DNA of 64,000 nucleotides from Escherichia coli (GTDB lineage Bacteria; Pseudomonadota; Gammaproteobacteria; Enterobacterales; Enterobacteriaceae): NCBI RefSeq assembly GCF_044324875.1, contig NZ_CP172185.1; one strand, 5' to 3'. Shown piece by piece: positions 50,827 to 64,000 of this stretch (position 1 is its first letter; each line of letters starts with the position of its first letter). The notes under the pieces were generated by a model. It saw only the letters and a program-made list of their open reading frames with translations, ran no database searches and was not told where the DNA came from. The position numbers and the translations under genes were made by a program.

Positions 50827-52287
50827 TTATTCATCTTTCGGCGCAGAATGCTGGCGACCAAAAATCACCTCCATCCGCGCACCGCCCAGCATGCTCTCTC
50901 CGGCGACGATTTTACCCTCATATTGCTCGGTGATTTCGCGGGCTACCGCCAGCCCTACACCTTGCCCAGGGCGTAAAGTATCAACCCGTTGACCACGGTC
51001 GAAAATGACCTCTCGCTTGCTTAATGGAATACCGGGGCCATCATCCTCGACCACAATATAGAGATGCTCGTCGGTTTGCCTTGCAGATATTTCGACAAAC
51101 TCGAGGCAATATTTACAGGCATTATCCAGCACGTTGCCCATCACCTCGACAAAATCGTTCTGCTCACCGACAAAGCTGATCTCTGGCGAAATATCGAGAG
51201 AGATATTGACCCCTTTGCGTTGATACACTTTGTTCAGCGCCGAGGTGAGATTGTCCAGCAGTGGGGCGACCGGATGTAGCTCGCGGCTAAGCAATGTCCC
51301 GCCGCGCATACTGGCACGATGCAGGTAGTAGCCAATTTGCTGTGAAATGCGACTGATTTGCTCCAGCATTACCGGCTCAGCATCACTGACGCTCATCTTC
51401 TCACTACGCAGAGAACGCAGCGTACTTTGCAGCACCGCCAGTGGCGTTTTCAGACTATGGGTCAGGTCGGTGAGCGTTGTACGATATTTGTCGTAACGTT
51501 CGCGTTCACTTTTTAACAATCGGTTCAGGTTTCGTACCAGACTGGTCAGTTCTCGCGTTGTGGCTGGATTGAGCAATTCGCGGTTATGTTCTTCCAGTTC
51601 GCGGACTTCTTTTGCCAGGGCTTCGATGGGGCGTAAACTCCACCTGGCGGCGACCCACAGCAGCGGGATCACTAACAGCAGATTGGCTGAGAGCACATAG
51701 ATAAACCAGCTCCAGACCATATAGGAACTTTTTAGCTCCACCGGAATGGTATCCACCACCACAATGGTCAACTTTGGCATCCGCGATGTTGCCGGGTAGA
51801 CGTTTACCGCCACCGAGTGGGTCATCTCCGCGTCGTCATCATCTTCCCGCACTTCCTGCAACTGTTGCTGTATCGAATGATCTCCACTCAGCAAGAGGCT
51901 GGTATCGTTAACATCCGCTTCAATTTCATGAAAACCATTCGATTTCAGCCAGTCAGGCTGGATCATCTTCATCAGCCAGGGCACGTCACGTTGCGCCCAT
52001 AAAAGCTGCCCGTTCTCATCATAAATTAGCGTCATAGTGGGGCTTTGCTTGTCGATATTTTCGGGTAACTCGACATGCAACTTATTGTTTTCCCACTTCG
52101 CAAGGGTATAGAACAGATTGCTCTCGCCACGTAACAGCCGAAACGTAGTTTTATCGAAACTGACGCTATAACCGATCAGCGCGACCATTCCGTAGGCAAG
52201 CGAAAGCACCAGTACAACCGCTGCCGTTGCCAATAGAAAACGTACCCGCAGCGAGAGCGGGAAAAAAAGACGCAGTAATTTTTTCAT
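50827..52287 (-). CDS. phoQ: Sensor histidine kinase PhoQ
   Basis: 486 aa; matches remembered PhoQ ([55 protein letters not shown]...). Confidence 0.95.
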   Translation of the reverse strand: MKKLLRLFFPLSLRVRFLLATAAVVLVLSLAYGMVALIGYSVSFDKTTFRLLRGESNLFYTLAKWENNKLHVELPENIDKQSPTMTLIYDENGQLLWAQRDVPWLMKMIQPDWLKSNGFHEIEADVNDTSLLLSGDHSIQQQLQEVREDDDDAEMTHSVAVNVYPATSRMPKLTIVVVDTIPVELKSSYMVWSWFIYVLSANLLLVIPLLWVAARWSLRPIEALAKEVRELEEHNRELLNPATTRELTSLVRNLNRLLKSERERYDKYRTTLTDLTHSLKTPLAVLQSTLRSLRSEKMSVSDAEPVMLEQISRISQQIGYYLHRASMRGGTLLSRELHPVAPLLDNLTSALNKVYQRKGVNISLDISPEISFVGEQNDFVEVMGNVLDNACKYCLEFVEISARQTDEHLYIVVEDDGPGIPLSKREVIFDRGQRVDTLRPGQGVGLAVAREITEQYEGKIVAGESMLGGARMEVIFGRQHSAPKDE

Positions 52288-52958
52288 CAGCGCAATTCGA
52301 ACAGATAGCCCTGGCCGCGAACGGTGGTAATCACTTCTTGCGGATATTGTGCCTGAATTTTTTTGCGCAGACGTCCCATCAGTACATCAATGGTATGGCT
52401 TTCCCGCAGCTCCGCATCCGGATAGAGTTGTAGCATTAACGAATCTTTGCTGACCACTTTGCCATTATTGCGTATCAACGTTTCCATAATGGTGTATTCG
52501 AACGCGGTCAGTTTAATCACTTCGTCATTAATAGATAATTCACGGCGGGAGAGATCAACCTGAAACGGGGGTAGCGAAATGACCTGTGAGGCCAGACCGC
52601 TATTACGCCGCATTAATGCCTGCATTCGCGCCATCACCTCTTCAATATGAAACGGTTTAGTCACGTAATCATCAGCACCGGCACTTAATACTTCGACTTT
52701 GTCCTGCCAGCTTTCACGGGCGGTTAATACCAGAATCGGCAGTGAAACATCATTGCTACGCCAGCGGCGAATCAGTGACAGACCGTCCTCGTCAGGCAAA
52801 CCGAGATCGACAATCGCAATATCCGGTAAATGTTCATTGAGATAATAATCGGCTTCTTTGGCATCTTCTGCGTCATCGACCTGATGACCAGCATCCTGAA
52901 TCTGAACTTTAAGATGGTGACGTAACAACGCATTGTCTTCAACAACCAGTACGCGCAT
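52287..52958 (-). CDS. phoP: Response regulator PhoP
   Basis: 223 aa; [40 protein letters not shown]... Confidence 0.95.
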   Translation of the reverse strand: MRVLVVEDNALLRHHLKVQIQDAGHQVDDAEDAKEADYYLNEHLPDIAIVDLGLPDEDGLSLIRRWRSNDVSLPILVLTARESWQDKVEVLSAGADDYVTKPFHIEEVMARMQALMRRNSGLASQVISLPPFQVDLSRRELSINDEVIKLTAFEYTIMETLIRNNGKVVSKDSLMLQLYPDAELRESHTIDVLMGRLRKKIQAQYPQEVITTVRGQGYLFELR

Positions 52959-53127
52959 TTTTTATTTCTCCCTGTCTTAATTATTAAAATAGTGTAACGC
53001 GATTATGTGGTTATGGGGGTAAACATTAAATAAACCAGCGGGGAGGGGAGGTAAAGTGAAAAAATAAAAAGTGGATAATCTTAATAAGCAGGCCGGACAG
53101 CATCGCCATCCGGCACTGATTTGAGGC

Positions 53128-54501
<1,374 letters not shown>

Positions 54502-55143
54502 TCACAACTCCGGGGTTAAATGAGCAAGAATTTGTTTTGCCTGAGTGGTCAGGCGATTACGAGAAAACATCAGTTGCAGACGTCCGCCGCCGACCTGGTG
54601 CCAGAGCACGGCGGCGCGAATGCCTGCCAGCAGGGTAGCGCGAACTTTCGCCTGCACCTGTGGGCTTTGCAGTACAGCAGGGGAACCGGTGACCTGAATG
54701 CGCGGGCCAAGCGGGCTGATAACATCAACATAGATAGCAGCCATCGCGCTCATCAGCGTTTCGGACTGTAAATCGAAGTGTTCGAGCTGTCGTTGCAGGC
54801 CGTTGATCCGGTTGCCCAGAGTGTCGAGCGCGCCTTTCGCTGAGGAAAGTTTGCGCTCAAGCACCATCAGGCTGAGTGTGTAGCGGGTTAATTCGGCGTT
54901 TAAGCCCTGGCGACTGCTGGCATTGAGCACGCCGAGCAAGGTTTCCAGCCCGACGCGCAGGTTGGCTTCGCTACCGCCAAAAACCGCCAGCGTCGAGCTG
55001 GGGTTCATATCAATAATACTGTTGAGTGAGACGTGTAGCGCATCGGCATCACAATGCCCCTGGTGAGCGAGTTGTTGCACCAGGCGTGCCGACTGACAAA
55101 TACCGGCCAGGGCGAGGGTGATGTCATAGTAATTCTTTGCCAC
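54502..55143 (-). CDS. hflD: High-frequency lysogenization protein HflD
   Basis: 213 aa from GTG start ([27 protein letters not shown]...). Confidence 0.9.
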   Translation of the reverse strand: MAKNYYDITLALAGICQSARLVQQLAHQGHCDADALHVSLNSIIDMNPSSTLAVFGGSEANLRVGLETLLGVLNASSRQGLNAELTRYTLSLMVLERKLSSAKGALDTLGNRINGLQRQLEHFDLQSETLMSAMAAIYVDVISPLGPRIQVTGSPAVLQSPQVQAKVRATLLAGIRAAVLWHQVGGGRLQLMFSRNRLTTQAKQILAHLTPEL

Positions 55144-55178
55144 GTTCACTGCTTCCTTGTTTTAAGTAAAGATAATAA

Positions 55179-56800
<1,622 letters not shown>

Positions 56801-56809
56801 TTTGCATCC

Positions 56810-57463
56810 TTAATCTGTCACTTCTCGCCATTCGCCATTGGCAAGATTATCCAAAGAGTAATCACCCATCGCATAGCGAATCAGTCGCAGCGTGGGGAAA
56901 CCAACATGGGCGGTCATACGACGCACCTGGCGATTACGTCCTTCATATAAGGTGATCTTCAGCCAGCTGGTGGGAATACTTTTGCGTTCACGAATTGGTG
57001 GATTCCGCGGCCATAACCACGCGGGTTCTTCAACCAGCTCCGCGCCTGCGGGCAGGGTAGGGCCATCATTTAAGGTTACGCCATTGCGCAAGGCTTCAAG
57101 TGCGTCTTGTGTGGGAATACCTTCCACCTGCACATAATAGATTTTTCCGGTGCGTTTACCCGGCTGGGTTAAACGCGCCTGCAACGCGCCGTTATTGGTC
57201 AGCACCAGTAACCCTTCGCTATCGCGGTCAAGACGACCTGCTGCATAAACGCCCTGAACCGGGATGAATTCTTTTAATGTTTTGCGTCCGGCTTCATCGG
57301 TGAACTGCGGAAGAACATCGTAGGGTTTATTGAACAGGATCACACGCGTGGGCTGGTTTTCAGGTTTACGCCTGGTAGAACGTTGCGAGCTGAATCGCTT
57401 AACCTGGTGATTTCTAAAAGAAGTTTTTTGCATGGTATTTTCAGAGATTATGAATTGCCGCAT
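56810..57463 (-). CDS. rluE: 23S rRNA pseudouridine(2457) synthase RluE
   Basis: 217 aa; RsuA/RluE-family motifs ([17 protein letters not shown]). Confidence 0.9.
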   Translation of the reverse strand: MRQFIISENTMQKTSFRNHQVKRFSSQRSTRRKPENQPTRVILFNKPYDVLPQFTDEAGRKTLKEFIPVQGVYAAGRLDRDSEGLLVLTNNGALQARLTQPGKRTGKIYYVQVEGIPTQDALEALRNGVTLNDGPTLPAGAELVEEPAWLWPRNPPIRERKSIPTSWLKITLYEGRNRQVRRMTAHVGFPTLRLIRYAMGDYSLDNLANGEWREVTD

Positions 57464-57640
57464 TATAGCCTAATAACGCGCATCTTTCATGACGGCAAAC
57501 AATAGGGTAGTATTGACAAGCCAATTACAAATCATTAACAAAAAATTGCTCTAAAGCATCCGTATCGCAGGACGCAAATGCATATGCATATGCAACGTGG
57601 TGGCAGACGAGCAAACCAGTAGCGCTCGAAGGAGAGGTGA

Positions 57641-58891
57641 ATGGAAAGTAAAGTAGTTGTTCCGGCACAAGGCAAGAAGATCACCCTGCAAAACGGCAAA
57701 CTCAACGTTCCTGAAAATCCGATTATCCCTTACATTGAAGGTGATGGAATCGGTGTAGATGTAACCCCAGCCATGCTGAAAGTGGTCGACGCTGCAGTCG
57801 AGAAAGCCTATAAAGGCGAGCGTAAAATCTCCTGGATGGAAATTTACACCGGTGAAAAATCCACACAGGTTTATGGTCAGGATGTCTGGCTACCTGCTGA
57901 AACCCTTGATCTGATTCGTGAATATCGCGTTGCCATCAAAGGCCCGCTGACCACTCCGGTTGGTGGCGGTATTCGCTCTCTGAACGTTGCCCTGCGCCAG
58001 GAGCTGGATCTCTATATCTGCCTGCGTCCGGTACGTTACTACCAGGGCACCCCAAGCCCGGTTAAACACCCTGAACTGACCGATATGGTTATCTTCCGTG
58101 AAAACTCGGAAGACATTTATGCGGGTATCGAATGGAAAGCAGACTCTGCCGACGCTGAGAAAGTGATTAAATTCCTGCGTGAAGAGATGGGCGTGAAGAA
58201 AATTCGCTTCCCGGAACATTGCGGCATCGGTATTAAGCCGTGTTCTGAAGAAGGCACCAAACGTCTGGTTCGTGCAGCGATCGAATACGCAATTGCTAAC
58301 GATCGTGACTCTGTGACCCTGGTGCACAAAGGCAACATCATGAAATTCACCGAAGGCGCGTTTAAAGACTGGGGCTACCAGCTGGCGCGTGAAGAGTTTG
58401 GCGGTGAACTGATCGACGGCGGCCCGTGGCTGAAAGTTAAAAACCCGAATACCGGCAAAGAGATCGTCATTAAAGACGTGATTGCTGATGCATTCCTGCA
58501 ACAGATCCTGCTGCGTCCGGCTGAATATGACGTTATCGCCTGTATGAACCTGAACGGTGACTACATTTCTGACGCCCTGGCAGCGCAGGTTGGCGGTATC
58601 GGTATCGCCCCTGGCGCAAACATCGGTGATGAATGCGCCCTGTTTGAAGCCACCCACGGTACTGCGCCGAAATATGCCGGTCAGGACAAAGTAAACCCAG
58701 GCTCTATTATTCTCTCCGCTGAGATGATGTTACGCCATATGGGTTGGACTGAAGCCGCAGACCTGATTGTTAAAGGTATGGAAGGCGCGATCAACGCGAA
58801 GACTGTAACCTATGACTTCGAACGTCTGATGGAAGGCGCTAAACTGCTGAAATGTTCAGAGTTTGGTGATGCGATCATCAAGAACATGTAA
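57641..58891 (+). CDS. icd: NADP-dependent isocitrate dehydrogenase
   Basis: 416 aa; [41 protein letters not shown]...; intact 3' end. Confidence 0.95.
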   Translation: MESKVVVPAQGKKITLQNGKLNVPENPIIPYIEGDGIGVDVTPAMLKVVDAAVEKAYKGERKISWMEIYTGEKSTQVYGQDVWLPAETLDLIREYRVAIKGPLTTPVGGGIRSLNVALRQELDLYICLRPVRYYQGTPSPVKHPELTDMVIFRENSEDIYAGIEWKADSADAEKVIKFLREEMGVKKIRFPEHCGIGIKPCSEEGTKRLVRAAIEYAIANDRDSVTLVHKGNIMKFTEGAFKDWGYQLAREEFGGELIDGGPWLKVKNPNTGKEIVIKDVIADAFLQQILLRPAEYDVIACMNLNGDYISDALAAQVGGIGIAPGANIGDECALFEATHGTAPKYAGQDKVNPGSIILSAEMMLRHMGWTEAADLIVKGMEGAINAKTVTYDFERLMEGAKLLKCSEFGDAIIKNM

Positions 58892-58914
58892 TCACTACAT
58901 GTGTTAAATATTGA

Positions 58915-58945
58915 AACGGGCGTATAACACGCCCGTTGTTTTATT
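58915..58945 (+). terminator. icd rho-independent terminator
   Basis: aacgggcgt-ataac-acgcccgtt followed by gttttatttat. Confidence 0.8.
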
Positions 58946-58993
58946 TATGTGGATATTATTAATAGCATGTCGAGCATATTTATATGAAGCCCA

Positions 58994-59317
58994 TTACTTG
59001 AGTCCATATGGGCATATTTTTATAATACAACTATTATGCAAACATTTATTTGGTATTTCGCTTTCTCCTGGAGGACACTCTTGACTGCTTTTGAGTAAAC
59101 TCCATAAATCCTTGTTGAATGGTGTTATGTTATAAATAGTAATAGGGTATTCTTTATCCTTAAAGATAATACCAGACTTAACCGGTGTAAATATACTTCC
59201 AGGAGGGAGAAATATAGTAGATTGATACCAGATGATCATTTTCATATCACCCCATATGGCTGAAAAAGATATGCCGCATGTAGGTTGAATTACCGTGTCA
59301 ATTACTATCCACTTCAT
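58994..59317 (-). CDS. Hypothetical small protein in AT-rich segment between duplicated icd-terminator copies
   Basis: 107-aa ORF, Cys-rich, very AT-rich codon usage; may be spurious. Confidence 0.3.
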   Translation of the reverse strand: MKWIVIDTVIQPTCGISFSAIWGDMKMIIWYQSTIFLPPGSIFTPVKSGIIFKDKEYPITIYNITPFNKDLWSLLKSSQECPPGESEIPNKCLHNSCIIKICPYGLK

Positions 59318-59760
59318 TTGTTATGTCTTATCCCACGGTATTTAATATGGTTCATTAGGATGTTTATTTCTTGATTTTGCATATGAGTATATTACCCCCT
59401 CAAAAAACAAATTAATTAAAAATTAAAACCATTGTTTAGATAAAACAAAATTTAAAGCAAGAAATCTCAATAGATATTAAACAAAATGAGATTTAGTGAA
59501 AACATTAAATTATTCACTTCGTTTTAGATTTGTTTAGCTAAAATGTTATACATTCAAATGACTGAACATCCTGTAATTAAAACATAGCCTTTATACTACT
59601 TTGTGCCAATTTGCTAAACATTATGGTTGGCCTTTTATTTAACGATAATGACGAATATAAGCATAACATGAGAATAAGATTTCAGTTTTTTAGTTATATA
59701 GGAATGGTTTAACCCATTCCTGGCTAAAATACATATAACTGGATGATGACTAAACCAAAA

Positions 59761-59805
59761 CACATGTGCGTTAAGTATTGAAACGGGCGTATGGCACGCC
59801 CGTTG
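59761..59805 (+). repeat. Second, diverged copy of the icd 3'-flank/terminator sequence
   Basis: catgtgcgttaagtattgaaacgggcgtatggcacgcccgttg versus catgtgttaaatattgaaacgggcgtataacacgcccgttg at 58898-58938; IS2 is inserted inside its U-tract. Confidence 0.7.
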
Positions 59806-59896
59806 TAGACTGGCCCCCTGAATCTCCAGACAACCAGTATCACTTAAATAAGTGATAGTCTTAATACTAGTTTTTAGACTAGTCATTGGAGAACAG

Positions 59897-60262
59897 ATGA
59901 TTGATGTCTTAGGGCCGGAGAAACGCAGACGGCGTACCACACAGGAAAAGATCGCAATTGTTCAGCAGAGCTTTGAACCGGGGATGACGGTCTCCCTCGT
60001 TGCCCGGCAACATGGTGTAGCAGCCAGCCAGTTATTTCTCTGGCGTAAGCAATACCAGGAAGGAAGTCTTACTGCTGTCGCCGCCGGAGAACAGGTTGTT
60101 CCTGCCTCTGAACTTGCTGCCGCCATGAAGCAGATTAAAGAACTCCAGCGCCTGCTCGGCAAGAAAACGATGGAAAATGAACTCCTCAAAGAAGCCGTTG
60201 AATATGGACGGGCAAAAAAGTGGATAGCGCACGCGCCCTTATTGCCCGGGGATGGGGAGTAA
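59897..60262 (+). CDS. insC: IS2 transposase InsC (OrfA)
   Basis: [52 protein letters not shown]... matches remembered IS2 InsC. Confidence 0.9.
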
Positions 60263-61125
60263 GCTTAGTCAGCCGTTGTCTCCGGGTGTCGCGTGCGCAG
60301 TTGCACGTCATTCTCAGACGAACCGATGACTGGATGGATGGCCGCCGCAGTCGTCACACTGATGATACGGATGTGCTTCTCCGTATACACCATGTTATCG
60401 GAGAGCTGCCAACGTATGGTTATCGTCGGGTATGGGCGCTGCTTCGCAGACAGGCAGAACTTGATGGTATGCCTGCGATCAATGCCAAACGTGTTTACCG
60501 GATCATGCGCCAGAATGCGCTGTTGCTTGAGCGAAAACCTGCTGTACCGCCATCGAAACGGGCACATACAGGCAGAGTGGCTGTGAAAGAAAGTAATCAG
60601 CGATGGTGCTCTGACGGGTTCGAGTTCCGCTGTGATAACGGAGAAAAACTGCGAGTCACGTTCGCGCTGGACTGCTGTGACCGTGAGGCACTGCACTGGG
60701 CGGTCACTACGGGCGGCTTCAACAGTGAAACAGTACAGGACGTCATGCTGGGAGCGGTGGAACGCCGCTTCGGCAACGAGCTTCCGGCGTCTCCAGTAGA
60801 GTGGCTGACGGATAATGGTTCATGCTACCGGGCTAATGAAACACGGCAGTTTGCCCGGATGTTGGGGCTTGAACCGAAGAGCACGGCGGTGCGGAGTCCG
60901 GAGAGTAACGGCATAGCAGAGAGCTTCGTGAAAACGATAAAGCGTGACTACATCAGTGTCATGCCCAAACCAGACGGGTTAACGGCAGCAAAGAACCTTG
61001 CAGAGGCGTTCGAGCATTATAACGAATGGCATCCGCATAGTGCACTGGGTTATCGCTCGCCACGGGAATATCTACGGCAGCAAGCCAGTAATGGGTTAAG
61101 TGATAACAGGTGTCTGGAAATATAG
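60220..61125 (+). CDS. insD: IS2 transposase InsD (OrfB, DDE domain)
   Basis: 301-aa ORF overlapping insC for -1 frameshift fusion; matches remembered IS2 InsD. Confidence 0.9.
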
Positions 61126-61356
61126 GGGCAAATCCACGTTGTTTTTTATAAATATGTTAACCGCTATAAAATAACGTATAGAAAGTCAAGTGATCACATT
61201 TCAAATATCAAGTTGATAGTATTGATCTGGTGATTATTTATGGGTGGCAATAAAAAGATAGTATTACTCATCCATATGAATAGTCTCTGCACTTTTATTT
61301 CCATTATGCTAATGCCTTACTGAATTATGAAGCATTTTTTAAGCGTCCAACTTTAG

Positions 61357-61761
61357 CTAGATTAATGGTTTATTATTTTCTACATCTTCAATATATAAAA
61401 GCGTATTATCAATGGTGTAGTAACTGCGTTTGTTATGATTAACATCAGTAACCCACCGGAAAACGCCCGCGTCTGCCAGTGTTGAACAGTATTCCCGAAA
61501 TGTTGATTTTCCGCAAATATGAAGCAATGCGGCCTCTTTTATTTTAGCAGGGTTCTTGGTCGTACTAACTTTTAACAGGTTCCTGGTTCCTCTTAATAAC
61601 AAAACCGTGTCATCGTGAGTAATAATTCTGATGTTATCCGTAGCCAGATAATAAATGTAATGTGCAATACGGTGATGTTTTAATTCTGAATAAAACCAGG
61701 AGAAGTTTTGCTCTTTTCTCACTTGCTCAAACATCTTTTGAAAAACAACAACCTGATCCAT
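61357..61761 (-). CDS. ycgX: DUF1398 protein YcgX
   Basis: 134 aa; position upstream of bluR as in K-12. Confidence 0.75.
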   Translation of the reverse strand: MDQVVVFQKMFEQVRKEQNFSWFYSELKHHRIAHYIYYLATDNIRIITHDDTVLLLRGTRNLLKVSTTKNPAKIKEAALLHICGKSTFREYCSTLADAGVFRWVTDVNHNKRSYYTIDNTLLYIEDVENNKPLI

Positions 61762-61981
61762 CAGGATAATAACCTCTTGTTAGTTGTGAGACTGCGTAGT
61801 GTGCACGATCGGTTTTACCACTTCAATCTGGTCTGTCCTTTGGCTGTGATATGTACAAAGTGTGAAAGGGGAATTACCTGAATTCTCCCGGTGAGCATTT
61901 TGCAACGGACCAGCTCCGGTACAAACGCTGTTGTGGGTTCAGATTATAACATTCTGTCTAAGGGGCGGGATAAAGGTGAAA

Positions 61982-62713
61982 TTAGGGGGTATGAAAGATG
62001 ACTTTATAACCTTGCTCACCCCAATGTTGTAAAAGTTCGTTTTGCCTTCTCGTTGGTGCCATGCCTGTCCAGACAATCAATGTTTGCGTCGGGAACAGTT
62101 CCGGGCGCGGCGATTCAATGGGATCAGCAAGAACAGAAATGTGCCATCCTGATAATGATAAACGCCATGCTTCCAGCCACAATCGGGCTCTCTCTTCAAC
62201 ATTCCACGCCATCAGAATGGCTTCTTTACCGGGCTTACGACGCATTTCGAAAAGCGAGGCTGCTGCGTATTCAATTAATGCGCCGTCAAACATACTGCTC
62301 ATAATGCGGGAGGTGTTGTGATCAAGCACGAGACGCTGACGAACAGGAAGGTAAACATGATTAATCAATTGATCTACCGGGTACTCTCGACCCAGTGAAA
62401 TAATTCTCGCGCGTAGTTTGGCAGGATTAGCCATACGAAGAATTGACATCATCTCTTCTTGCAGGCGGCTCCAGTCATCTTCCGTATCCTGGCTGGTGGT
62501 TTCCAGTAATGCTTTAACTTTGCCTACAGGGACGCCATTACTTATCCAACGCTTGATCTCTTCGATGCGTTGTATGTCTTCTTCATCAAAGAGTCGGTGT
62601 CCGCCTTCACTGCGCTGTGGTTTTAACAAACCGTAGCGGCGTTGCCAGGCCCGGAGAGTGACAGGATTAATCCCGCAACGTTCAGCAACATCACCAATGC
62701 TGTAATAAGCCAC
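61982..62713 (-). CDS. bluR: MerR-family repressor BluR (YcgE)
   Basis: 243 aa; N-terminal MerR HTH ([42 protein letters not shown]). Confidence 0.9.
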   Translation of the reverse strand: MAYYSIGDVAERCGINPVTLRAWQRRYGLLKPQRSEGGHRLFDEEDIQRIEEIKRWISNGVPVGKVKALLETTSQDTEDDWSRLQEEMMSILRMANPAKLRARIISLGREYPVDQLINHVYLPVRQRLVLDHNTSRIMSSMFDGALIEYAAASLFEMRRKPGKEAILMAWNVEERARLWLEAWRLSLSGWHISVLADPIESPRPELFPTQTLIVWTGMAPTRRQNELLQHWGEQGYKVIFHTP

Positions 62714-62917
62714 AATTCCTCCTTGCGGTCATAAATCTCCGTCGCCTGTACACGACCCAATAATACTTTGTACAATATACGCTAAAATTGTACAAAGTAT
62801 AAATAAGATTTCAGCTAAATTGGATGAAACATTATTTTTAATGTGGATTAAATTAAAACATAACGTATTCATTTTCACGATGATTTCCAGAAATCATGCG
62901 AAATAATGTGCTGAAAA

Positions 62918-64000
62918 TTATTTTTTCTCCGGCCACGCAACTGAAGGGATACCATTCAATTTAGCTTTGGCAAACAGATCTCCCTGAAACATCTCAATTC
63001 CTGCAGATTCAAGCCACATCCACTCTTCTGGTGTTGTCACACCCATAGCAGAGACTTGAATTTCAAGTGATGTACAGCATTTTATGATCGCCTGAATAAT
63101 TGCCTGCCGTGGCCCGCTTTTATGAACGTTGGTAATCAATTCCTGACTGATTTTAATTCTGTCAGGCTGGAAGCGTGACAGGAGTAACAAACCGGCAAAA
63201 CCTGCGCCAAAATGATCAATTGCTACACTGATACCGGCAGCCTTTAGCGATTTAACCGCTTCGGCAAACTCATCAAACCGAGATATGACTTCACTTTCAG
63301 TAAATTCAACGATGATTTGTTCCGGCACCAGACCATTGGCCTTTATTTCATCAAGTAAAAAAGAGACTGCGTCAGGCTCGTTAACCAGGGTCATAGGTAA
63401 TAGATTGATTGAAATCATTTTATCACCGAGGTCAAGTGCGTGTGCCATCGCGAATGCAAGCGCCTTACTTTTGAGATCCGCTGTGTAGATTTCCCCTTCT
63501 TTACGCTGCCCAACCGCTATAGCTGACGGGCTGTCTTCATTTTTTTGCACAATGGCTTCAAAAGCGATTATCCGCCGCGATAAGGGATCGACAATAGGAT
63601 GAAAGGCAAAGTGGTCGTTTATATTTGGTGAAAGGGTGCAGGAATCAAGTTCTTTATCAGATCCGTCAGCGATAAAAAGCCAGGAGTCTTCAGCAGGGAT
63701 CTCGAAATAGGTTGATTGTTCGGTTGCAAGGACAAAAGTACGAAAAAATTGTAGCGCTCTGTCATCATAGGTTAGCTGAAATTTTGATGTACCCTTGTCG
63801 AATACGGCCTGTAAAACGTCATCTCGCTCGTGCAGGCGTAAATCAAATAATTCCATTCCTGCTTTGCCAAAACGGCGAGCAGGCGCGTAATCGCACAACA
63901 GTTCAACAATATTATAGTGCCGTGGATCCTGACATATAGCCCGATATATCAGTTGAACCTGTTCTTCCGGACCTTCCAAAAGCTGGAAAAAATGGGAACC
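62918..64000 (-). CDS. bluF: Blue-light sensor BLUF-EAL protein BluF (YcgF), 5' end beyond window
   Basis: EAL-domain C-terminal part matches BluF; N-terminal BLUF domain would lie past position 64000. Confidence 0.85.
   Translation of the reverse strand, partial: GSHFFQLLEGPEEQVQLIYRAICQDPRHYNIVELLCDYAPARRFGKAGMELFDLRLHERDDVLQAVFDKGTSKFQLTYDDRALQFFRTFVLATEQSTYFEIPAEDSWLFIADGSDKELDSCTLSPNINDHFAFHPIVDPLSRRIIAFEAIVQKNEDSPSAIAVGQRKEGEIYTADLKSKALAFAMAHALDLGDKMISINLLPMTLVNEPDAVSFLLDEIKANGLVPEQIIVEFTESEVISRFDEFAEAVKSLKAAGISVAIDHFGAGFAGLLLLSRFQPDRIKISQELITNVHKSGPRQAIIQAIIKCCTSLEIQVSAMGVTTPEEWMWLESAGIEMFQGDLFAKAKLNGIPSVAWPEKK

Larger units (their letters stand above)
59806..61136 (+). mobile_element. 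IS2 (1331 bp) with 5-bp target-site duplication cgttg
   Basis: Left end tagactggccccctgaatctccagacaacc..., right end ...ggaaatataggggcaaatcca; cgttg at 59801-59805 and 61137-61141. Confidence 0.9.

Overview
Mosaic Escherichia/Shigella-type chromosomal window; every family call below rests on reading the ORF translations against remembered protein sequences and motifs, with no database search run. Conserved core blocks: gdhA-ynjH-nudG-ynjFEDCB (0.5-8.2 kb) and potB(3' altered)-potA-pepT-roxA ... phoQ-phoP-purB-hflD-mnmA-nudJ-rluE-icd ... ycgX-bluR-bluF(partial) (34.8-64 kb). Between them lie (i) a CP4-57/CP4-44-type island remnant (8.4-21.6 kb) with GTPase, DUF932, antirestriction, RadC-like, DUF987, CbeA/CbtA toxin-antitoxin and three tandem Gp2-family genes plus AlpA, and (ii) an IS-rich accessory stretch (22-34.7 kb) with an IS1-like element, IS629, a decayed IS256-family element split by an IS66-family element, an Eib-like trimeric autotransporter and an AT-rich alpha/beta hydrolase gene. 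The most interesting feature is an 11.1-kb integrase-bearing phage-satellite-like island between roxA and phoQ (39612-50747), bounded by a 26-bp direct repeat, which carries a lambda-type cos site, a Nu1-like small terminase, a gpE-like major capsid gene and a gpD-like decoration gene but no portal, large terminase or protease. Other leads are a convergent pair of uncharacterised genes in the island cargo slot (15449-17184) and several rearrangement junctions (potB 3' end, ynjB side, icd terminator duplication with IS2). The ynj and pot loci are far apart in K-12, so the window reflects either IS-mediated rearrangement or an assembly join.
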